A stretch of 46,446 nucleotides of DNA from Nitrospira sp. (GTDB lineage: Bacteria; Pseudomonadota; Gammaproteobacteria; Acidiferrobacterales; SPGG2): positions 1 through 46,446 of the forward strand of contig VRUB01000003.1 in NCBI GenBank assembly GCA_019456345.1. The letters run 5' to 3'. The notes under the pieces are model-generated. The model made no database searches and was not told the DNA's origin. It worked only from the letters and a program-made list of their open reading frames with translations. Positions 28,771 through 35,989 of this stretch are shown piece by piece (the first letter of the stretch is position 1; each line of letters opens with the position of its first letter). A program made the translations under genes and the position numbers.

Positions 28771-29469
28771 CTATGACTCAGGGCTCGTGTCAGCATATAC
28801 GAAACCGTCGCGCTCGCTGATCGCTCCCATGCGTACGGCTATGGCGTGACGAAACATCGGTCCGGCGTAGGCAAATGTATGGAACTCTCCATTTTCCCCA
28901 CAGGGGTCGACGCTAGCTGGTAGATCGGCAAGCAGCTTGGCATCGTACACGCGCCCGGCAAAGGACCTCGGAAGAGATTTTACATCGACGCAGATGATAC
29001 GCGCGCGCAAGCCGGCCGCTACCATTTCTTCCGCAAGCGCCTGCGTGTCGCGCCCCCATAACGGAAAGAGCGGCTCGATGCCGGTGCCCGCGAGCAGTGA
29101 CTCACGATAGGCGCGAATGTCTTCGAGAAACAGATCGCCGAACACAACGGCGTCGATGCCGGCAGACTTTGCGTCCTTCAGCGCTGCGCCGACTGCCGCC
29201 TCGTAGTGCTCGTTCGAACACGGATCCGGAATGACCACTCGTTTTACGGTAAGGCCGCAGGCGTCCGCCTGCACCGCCAACAGCGATTCCGGCACCGCGT
29301 GCACGGCCACGCGGTTGGGCGGGCGGTTCACGGTTGTCAGCAGCCCCACGACCTCCACGTCCCCTTGCTGACGCAAGGTGTACAAGGCGTAAGCACTGTC
29401 TTTTCCGCTACTCCAGAATATCAGCGCCCTTCGCGCTCGCGCCTGCCCTGTAGCGTTGCGGGCCTCCAT
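28771..29469 (-). CDS. Diphthamide synthase/MJ0570-like PP-loop ATP pyrophosphatase
   Basis: WSSGKDS PP-loop, FGDLFLEDIRAYRE, FPLW, DPCGENGEFHTF. Confidence 0.92.
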   Translation of the reverse strand: MEARNATGQARARRALIFWSSGKDSAYALYTLRQQGDVEVVGLLTTVNRPPNRVAVHAVPESLLAVQADACGLTVKRVVIPDPCSNEHYEAAVGAALKDAKSAGIDAVVFGDLFLEDIRAYRESLLAGTGIEPLFPLWGRDTQALAEEMVAAGLRARIICVDVKSLPRSFAGRVYDAKLLADLPASVDPCGENGEFHTFAYAGPMFRHAIAVRMGAISERDGFVYADTSPES

Positions 29470-29574
29470 AAATGCACTGTAATCTTTTTACGACCGGTTG
29501 CAAGGCAGCGGCGAGGTTCTCATGCCGAAGGCCGGTGTTCCTGGCTTGCGGATCTTGTTACGCTTATCCGTCCT

Positions 29575-30354
29575 ATGCGCGTGGTATCCCTGAACTGCTC
29601 CAATACTGAGATTGTCTGTGCACTCGGCTGTGCCGGGCTCCTGGTGGGCGTCGACGATCACTCTGACTTTCCCGAAGAGGTAGTTCAGCGCCTGCCCCGC
29701 GTGGGCCCCGATCTCGGCATAGATGTCGAGAAGGTCAAGAAGCTGCGGCCCGATCTGGTGCTGGCCTCGCTCACCGTTCCGGGGCACGAGCAGGTGGTAG
29801 GCGCGCTGGCACAGGCGGGTTTGCCCTATCACGCCCCCGAACCGGTTTCGCTGGAGGATGTGCACCGCGACATCCGTCAGATCGCGCAGCTCCTCGGTGT
29901 GCCGGAAAACGGGCAGGCAGTGGTGGACGACATGCGTCGCCGCATGGTGCCACGCGATGGGCACGCGCCTCGCCACCGGCCCAACATACTGGTGCAGTGG
30001 TGGCCCAAGCCCGTTATTGCTCCCGGCAGGCATAGCTGGGTCAATGGCCTGCTGACCGCAGCGGGTGCCGACAACCCGCTGGCGGACCGTGACGTTAAGA
30101 GCATGCCGTTAGAAGACGCCGAGGTACGTACGCTCGATCCCGACGCGATTGTCATTTCCTGGTGCGGTGTACCACCGGAGAAATATCGACCGGAGGTCAT
30201 TTATCGCAATAAGGCATGGCAAGGTATGAAAGCGCTGGCTCGCCAGCACATCTATTGTGTACCTGAGGGTCATCTGGGGCGACCTTCACCGCGTCTGGTA
30301 GATGGCTACAACGCATTGCGGACAATCGTGCAGAAGTTAGGGCAAGAACCATAA
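29575..30354 (+). CDS. BtuF-like cobalamin-binding protein without a signal peptide
   Basis: RVVSLNCSNTEIVCALG, LVGVD, LRPDLVLA and RPSPRLVDG motifs of the helical-backbone binding-protein family. Confidence 0.85.
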   Translation: MRVVSLNCSNTEIVCALGCAGLLVGVDDHSDFPEEVVQRLPRVGPDLGIDVEKVKKLRPDLVLASLTVPGHEQVVGALAQAGLPYHAPEPVSLEDVHRDIRQIAQLLGVPENGQAVVDDMRRRMVPRDGHAPRHRPNILVQWWPKPVIAPGRHSWVNGLLTAAGADNPLADRDVKSMPLEDAEVRTLDPDAIVISWCGVPPEKYRPEVIYRNKAWQGMKALARQHIYCVPEGHLGRPSPRLVDGYNALRTIVQKLGQEP

Positions 30355-30371
30355 ACAGACCAAACAAAAAC

Positions 30372-30447
30372 CAACGCCAAGGCGCGGGGAGCCCGAAGTT
30401 TTTCCAATCTAAAGAACCCTTTGCGTCTTTGCGCCTTTGCGTTGAGT
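30372..30447. repeat. CGCAAAG-type imperfect hairpin repeat, copy 1
   Basis: CAACGCCAAGGCGC ... CTTTGCGTCTTTGCGCCTTTGCGTTGAG. Confidence 0.7.
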
Positions 30448-30465
30448 TGTTCAAGCGGACACCGT

Positions 30466-31233
30466 ATGAGTACATCGTTTGATCTTTCCGGGGAAGTAGC
30501 GCTGGTTACCGGAGCATCGAGTGGTCTCGGTCGCCACTTCGCGCAGACGCTCGCCAGCGCCGGGGCCAGGGTCGTAGTGGCCGCGCGTCGCAGGCAGCGG
30601 CTGCAAGCGCTGGCCGCGCAGATCGAATCCGAGGGCGGCCACGCGCTGGCGCTTTCCATGGACGTGACCGAGGCCGAGAGCGTGGCTGAGGCATTCGCAA
30701 CAGCACAGGATAAGCTGGGCCCGGTGACCGTGGTCGTGAACAATGCCGGCGTGATCAGCGCCGATGCTGCATTGGAAGTCAAAGAACGCGATTGGGACCG
30801 GGTTGTGAACACCAATCTGAAGGGTGCCTGGCTGGTCGCGCAGGAAGCAGCGCGGCGGCTGGTTGCTGCCGGTGTTGGCGGCAGTATCATTAATATCGCA
30901 TCGATTCTCGCGGTGCGCGTTGCCGGCCACACGGCGCCCTACGCGGCGTCAAAAGCAGGACTCATGCACCTGACGCGAGTGCTGGCGCTCGAGTGGGCGC
31001 GTCATGGTATTCGCGTGAACGCTATAGCCCCGGGCTATGTGGAGACGGAGCTTAACCGTGAGTTCTTCGCAACTCCCACGGGCCAGGCCATGATCAAGCG
31101 CATTCCGCAGCGCCGGTTGGGCAAACCCGAAGATCTCGATGGTGCATTGTTGCTGTTGGCGTCCGACGCCTCACGGTACATGACAGGCAGCACGATCGTC
31201 GTCGACGGCGGGCATCTACAATCCACTCTCTAA
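30466..31233 (+). CDS. lvaD: SDR oxidoreductase, LvaD-like (4-oxoacyl-CoA reductase)
   Basis: TGASSGLG, NNAG, YAASK; operon context with lvaC/A/B/E-like genes. Confidence 0.75.
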   Translation: MSTSFDLSGEVALVTGASSGLGRHFAQTLASAGARVVVAARRRQRLQALAAQIESEGGHALALSMDVTEAESVAEAFATAQDKLGPVTVVVNNAGVISADAALEVKERDWDRVVNTNLKGAWLVAQEAARRLVAAGVGGSIINIASILAVRVAGHTAPYAASKAGLMHLTRVLALEWARHGIRVNAIAPGYVETELNREFFATPTGQAMIKRIPQRRLGKPEDLDGALLLLASDASRYMTGSTIVVDGGHLQSTL

Positions 31234-31246
31234 ATTAAGGACAGCC

Positions 31247-32446
31247 ATGGATTTCACACTGGGCCCAGAGATAGAGGATTATCGGCAACGCGTTCGCGCG
31301 TTCGTTGACAAGCACATTATACCGCTCGAATCCGACCGCGACGCCTACAATCGAGGCGAAAATATCAGCGACTCGCGTCTGCAGCCGTTGCGCGTGAAAG
31401 CCAGATCCGAAGGCTTGTGGTGTTTGCAAATGCCCAGTGAGCGTGGGGGTCAAGGGCTCAGCATGGTCGGGATGGCGGCATGTTATGAGGAAATGGGCCG
31501 CTCGATCTTCGGACCGGTCGTGTTCAATTGCGCCGCGCCCGACGACGGCAACATGATACTGCTTAATAAGGTCGGCACCGTCGCGCAAAAGGATCGCTGG
31601 CTGCAACCTATCATCGATGGCGAAGCGCGCTCGGCCATCGTGATGACAGAACCTCATCCCGGTGGCGGCTCGGATCCAGCCGGCATGATGCGCACGACGG
31701 CCACCAGGAAGGGAGACAAGTGGATTATCAATGGTCATAAGTGGTTCATTACCGGCGCCGAAACCGCCGCGCACCTGATCCTTGTGGCTCGCACGTCGGA
31801 TGATCCTCGCAGAGGGCTTACCGCGTTTTTCTTTCATCGTGATGATCCCGGCTGGGACATCGTGCGGCGCATCCCGATCATGGGCCCAGAGGAACACGGC
31901 GGTCACTGCGAGCTGAAGTTCGACGGGCTCGAGATAGCCGATGAAAATCGACTCATGGGAGTCGGCGACGGTCTCAAGGTCGCCCAGATACGTCTGGGTA
32001 CGGCACGATTGACCCACTGTATGCGCTGGTTGGGAATGGCCCGGCGTGCGTTGGAAATTGCGACGCACTACGTGCGTGAACGCGAAGCGTTTGGCAGCAC
32101 GCTTGCCGAGCATGAAGCGGTGCAGTGGATGCTCGGCGAGGCCGCGATGGACGTGCAAATCGGGCGGCTGCTGACAATGCACGCCGCGTGGAAACTCGAC
32201 CAGGGGGACTTCGCGCGCAAAGAGGTGTCGATGGCGAAAGTCCTGGTGGCCGATACCTTGCACAAGGCCATTGACACCGCAATCCAGCTGTGTGGTGCCA
32301 AAGGTTATTCCAAAGACACCATACTGGAGTGGATGTATCGCTATGCACGTCAGGCACGCCTCGTCGATGGCGCGTCTGAGGTCCACAAGATGGTACTGTC
32401 ACGCAATCTTCTTCAGTCGGGAACAGATTTCTGGTCATGGGGCTGA
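31247..32446 (+). CDS. lvaC: Acyl-CoA dehydrogenase family protein, LvaC/ACAD10-11-like
   Basis: NCAAPDDGNM, MTEP..GSD, INGHKWFITG, AQIRLG..RLTHCMR, RLVDGASEVH. Confidence 0.82.
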   Translation: MDFTLGPEIEDYRQRVRAFVDKHIIPLESDRDAYNRGENISDSRLQPLRVKARSEGLWCLQMPSERGGQGLSMVGMAACYEEMGRSIFGPVVFNCAAPDDGNMILLNKVGTVAQKDRWLQPIIDGEARSAIVMTEPHPGGGSDPAGMMRTTATRKGDKWIINGHKWFITGAETAAHLILVARTSDDPRRGLTAFFFHRDDPGWDIVRRIPIMGPEEHGGHCELKFDGLEIADENRLMGVGDGLKVAQIRLGTARLTHCMRWLGMARRALEIATHYVREREAFGSTLAEHEAVQWMLGEAAMDVQIGRLLTMHAAWKLDQGDFARKEVSMAKVLVADTLHKAIDTAIQLCGAKGYSKDTILEWMYRYARQARLVDGASEVHKMVLSRNLLQSGTDFWSWG

Positions 32447-33483
32447 ATGAGAACGAGATGCGCGCAGCAATTGCGAAGTTCGTCGCGCGCGCCGCCGGCG
32501 CTCGTTCCGTAAACGTGCTGGAGCTCAGGCCGTTGCACGGCGGCGCCATCCAGGAGAACTATGCGCTCGAGCTCGAGATCAGCGGCGGTGAGTTCGCGGG
32601 GAACCGGTCGCTGGTGCTCCGCACGGACTCGCCATCGCAGGTGGGCGCGAGCTTGTCACGAGCGCAGGAGTTTGCCGTACTGCAGGCAGCGTTCGCGGCG
32701 GGGGTGAGCGTGCCCGAGCCGCTGTGGCTTTGTGAGGACAGCTCGGTAACCGGCAAGGCCTTTCTTCTTATGGAGAAAGTTCCGGGCTTGGCCGCCGCGC
32801 GGGATCTCGTACGTGGGCCACTGAGTGACGAGGCGCGCGAGGCGCTGGTCGAACGGCTTGGGGAAGAATTGGCGCGGCTGCATCGCATCAAACCCCCTGT
32901 TGCCGCGCTCGCCTTTCTGCCGATACCGCACCACGCCGCCGCGCTCACACGTGTGGCGCTTTACCGTCAGTATCTGGATGCATTGCCCTCATGCCAGCCC
33001 GCGCTCGAATGGGGTCTGCGCTGGCTCGAGCGCCACGCGCCGCCGCCTTGCGAGCCAATGTTATGTCATTGTGACTACCGCACCGGCAACTATATGGTCG
33101 ACGGAGCCCGGCTTACGGGAATTCTTGACTGGGAGTTCGCAACGTGGAGCGACCCGTACGAGGACCTCGGATGGTTTTGCGCACGCTGCTGGCGCTTCGG
33201 CGCCTGGGACAAAGAGGCCGGTGGCATGGGTAGTCGCGCCGCCTTTTATCGCGGATATGAACGCGTCGCCGGCGCTGCAGTTGATCCCACTCGGGTCGCC
33301 TACTGGGAGGTCATGGCGGCCGTGCGCTGGGCGATCATTGCGCTGCAGCAAGCCGAGCGTCATCATTCGGGGGAGCAATCGTCATTGGAGCTGGCGCTGA
33401 CGGGCCGCATGGTGCCGGAGATGGAACTCGATATGCTCATGCAGATCGATCACATCGAGAGACGGGAGAGCGCGCATGCCTGA
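32437..33483 (+). CDS. lvaA: APH-family phosphotransferase, LvaA-like
   Basis: GGAIQEN, LVLRTD, HCDYRTGN, ILDWEF and DPYEDLGW kinase motifs. Confidence 0.82.
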   Translation: MGLNENEMRAAIAKFVARAAGARSVNVLELRPLHGGAIQENYALELEISGGEFAGNRSLVLRTDSPSQVGASLSRAQEFAVLQAAFAAGVSVPEPLWLCEDSSVTGKAFLLMEKVPGLAAARDLVRGPLSDEAREALVERLGEELARLHRIKPPVAALAFLPIPHHAAALTRVALYRQYLDALPSCQPALEWGLRWLERHAPPPCEPMLCHCDYRTGNYMVDGARLTGILDWEFATWSDPYEDLGWFCARCWRFGAWDKEAGGMGSRAAFYRGYERVAGAAVDPTRVAYWEVMAAVRWAIIALQQAERHHSGEQSSLELALTGRMVPEMELDMLMQIDHIERRESAHA

Positions 33484-33880
33484 CCGCCCGACAGGCGCAG
33501 AGCTGCTCCAAGCGGCACGCGAGACGTTGTTAAGCGAGCTGGCGGCGCAGCTACCCGCCGAGCAAAAGTACCCTGCACTCATGGTCGCCAGCGCCATGGG
33601 CATCGCCGCGCGTGAGGCTGAAATCGGGAGCGCGGTCCTGGACGTAGAATCGGACATGTTTGCGCAGCTCTACGGCGAGCAGAGTATGACGCAGGCCGGT
33701 ACCGAGGGCGCCGAGCAGCTTGCCGCTTTGCGTGCGCGCCTGGCGGATGAGATTCGCTGCGGAAAATTTGATGGTGAGCCTGGCGATCGACTGCGCCTGA
33801 TGCTGCTCGAGTGGGTATGCGCACGCCTGCGGGTCAGTAACCCGAAGTACCTTAAGGCGGCGGGGTTTGGCGATGAGTAG
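33476..33880 (+). CDS. lvaB: Small helical protein, LvaB/DUF6285-like
   Basis: MPDRPTGAELL start, LADEIR.G and LRVSNPKYL end; overlaps the kinase gene. Confidence 0.78.
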   Translation: MPDRPTGAELLQAARETLLSELAAQLPAEQKYPALMVASAMGIAAREAEIGSAVLDVESDMFAQLYGEQSMTQAGTEGAEQLAALRARLADEIRCGKFDGEPGDRLRLMLLEWVCARLRVSNPKYLKAAGFGDE

Positions 33881-33890
33881 CCCGGCAACA

Positions 33891-33998
33891 CTCAACGCAA
33901 AGGCGCAAAGGATGCAGAGTTTTTGTGATTTGACGATAGCGGCTTAAGACTCTTCGTCTTTGCACCTTGGCGTTGAGCAGATCTCGTTGAGCAGATCT
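33891..33998. repeat. CGCAAAG-type hairpin repeat, copy 2, followed by a 14-bp tandem duplication
   Basis: CTCAACGCAAAGGCGCAAAG ... CTTTGCACCTTGGCGTTGAG (33891-33977); CGTTGAGCAGATCT twice (33971-33998). Confidence 0.75.
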
Positions 33999-34019
33999 AA
34001 TGATGCGAAGGAATTCGCT

Positions 34020-35657
34020 ATGAACACGTTCGATCAGCACCTCGTAAAGAATGCGGCGAACTTTACGCCGCTAACGCCGCTAAGCTTCCTCGCGCGCTCG
34101 GCCGCAGTCTATCCCGCGAAGACTGCCGTGATTCACGGGGGCACACGATTCGACTACGCGACTTTTTACGCGCGCTGCCGGTGTCTGGCGTCAGCACTCG
34201 CCGGTCGCGGCATCGGCCTCGGCGATACGGTCGCGGTAATGGCACCGAACGTGCCCGCACTGCTGGAAGCGCACTATGGGGTGCCGATGTGCGGGGCCGT
34301 CTTGAACGCGCTGAACATTCGGCTCGATCCGAACACCATAGCGTTCATTTTGAAACATGGCGAGGCAAAATTGCTGATTGCCGACCGTCAGTTCGCCGAC
34401 GTTATCGGCAAGGCCACGTCGCAGCTGGACAATCCGCCGACCGTGATTGATATCAATGATCCACTCAGTGAGGCGGGCTCGGCAATCGGCGAGAAAGACT
34501 ACGATGCGTTTCTTGACGAGGGCGATCCGGATTACAGTTGGCAGCTTCCGCGGGACGAGTGGCAGGCGATTTCGCTCAACTACACTTCGGGCACCACCGG
34601 TAACCCCAAGGGAGTCGTGTATCACCATAGAGGGGCCTATCTGAATGCACTCGGCAACATCCTGGCATTGGGGCTGCGCGCCGATTCCGTGTACCTGTGG
34701 ACTTTACCGATGTTTCACTGTAATGGCTGGACCTACACCTGGGCCGTTACCGCCGTCGGCGGCACACACGTGTGCTTGCGCCAGGTCGATCCGGCGCTCG
34801 TGTTCGCATCCATCGCGGCGAACGGCGTCACCCATATGTGCGGCGCCCCCATCGTGCTCAATGCGCTGATCAACGCGCCTGAAGAAGCCAAGAAAACATT
34901 TCCCCAGGTCGTCGAGGCCGTCACCGGCGGCGCTGCGCCGCCAAGTACTGTTATCAGCAAAATGGAGGCAATGGGTTTTCACGTCATCCATCTCTATGGG
35001 CTCACGGAGAGCTTTGGGCCGGCAACCCTGTGCGCCTGGCAGGACGATTGGGATACCCTCGACAAGGCAAAGCAAGCGGACATGGTCGCCCGTCAGGGCG
35101 TAGGCTACTCCACTTTGGAAGACGTCCGGGTGGTGAATCGTGAAACCCGATCCGACGTTCCCACCGACGGCCAGGTCATCGGTGAGATTTGGCTCAAAGG
35201 CAACACGGTCATGAAGGGATATCTCAAGAACCCGAAAACCACGGACGAAGCCTTCGCCGACGGCTGGTTCCACACCGGGGATCTAGCGGTCGTACATTCG
35301 GACGGTTACGTCGAGATCAAGGATCGCGCCAAGGACATCATCATTTCTGGCGGTGAAAACATCTCGAGCCTCGAGGTGGAAGAAGTGCTTTACAAACACC
35401 CGGCCGTCATGGAGGTCGCTGTCGTGGCGCAGCCGGATGAATACTGGGGTGAAATACCTTGCGCCTTCGTAACGCTCAAGCCGCACGCCAGCGATGTCGG
35501 GGAAGCCGACATCATCGGTTTCTGCCGCAACAACTTGGCTCACTTCAAGGCACCGAGGAAGGTCGTGTTCTGCGAGCTACCCAAGACCTCCACCGGCAAG
35601 GTCCAGAAGACTGTGCTGCGTGAGCGCGCACGTTCGCTGTCGGATTCGCCGAACTAA
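34020..35657 (+). CDS. lvaE: Acyl-CoA synthetase, LvaE-like
   Basis: ANFTPLTPLSFL, YTSGTTGNPKG, LPMFHCNGW, YGLTE, LPKTSTGK; follows the lvaB-like gene. Confidence 0.8.
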   Translation: MNTFDQHLVKNAANFTPLTPLSFLARSAAVYPAKTAVIHGGTRFDYATFYARCRCLASALAGRGIGLGDTVAVMAPNVPALLEAHYGVPMCGAVLNALNIRLDPNTIAFILKHGEAKLLIADRQFADVIGKATSQLDNPPTVIDINDPLSEAGSAIGEKDYDAFLDEGDPDYSWQLPRDEWQAISLNYTSGTTGNPKGVVYHHRGAYLNALGNILALGLRADSVYLWTLPMFHCNGWTYTWAVTAVGGTHVCLRQVDPALVFASIAANGVTHMCGAPIVLNALINAPEEAKKTFPQVVEAVTGGAAPPSTVISKMEAMGFHVIHLYGLTESFGPATLCAWQDDWDTLDKAKQADMVARQGVGYSTLEDVRVVNRETRSDVPTDGQVIGEIWLKGNTVMKGYLKNPKTTDEAFADGWFHTGDLAVVHSDGYVEIKDRAKDIIISGGENISSLEVEEVLYKHPAVMEVAVVAQPDEYWGEIPCAFVTLKPHASDVGEADIIGFCRNNLAHFKAPRKVVFCELPKTSTGKVQKTVLRERARSLSDSPN

Positions 35658-35989
35658 CCCTAGCTACCCAGCCGCGCACCCACGGACCCTGCCGCCGGAC
35701 GGCCCTAGCTCGGCCCTCAGGCCAGCCCGGACGCCTGGCAATGCCGCATCGGCGCGATGCCTGCCAGCAGGCTGTCATGAGCATACGCAGGTAGTCGAGC
35801 CCCTGTCTGCGCCGTTGCCCGGCCCATCGGGCCGGGAGTGCCGGGGCGGGTAGCGGGTCGAAAACCGATTGTCTTTCCGCGCATTGCCGTGGCGGCCCCG
35901 TCGGTCCGAACCGTGCGCGGCCTCGTGCTGACACGCGCCCGACGCACGCTACACTAAGTAAGGTAGATAGCGGGTGAGCCGAGGGGCCG

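Noticed and set aside
29206-29574. N-terminal extension of the BtuF-like ORF, or a cobalamin riboswitch in the spacer
   Set aside because: The extension overlaps the opposite-strand PP-loop gene; the 105-bp spacer lacks B12-box consensus elements
31235-32386. 383-aa minus-strand ORF
   Set aside because: Antisense shadow of the acyl-CoA dehydrogenase
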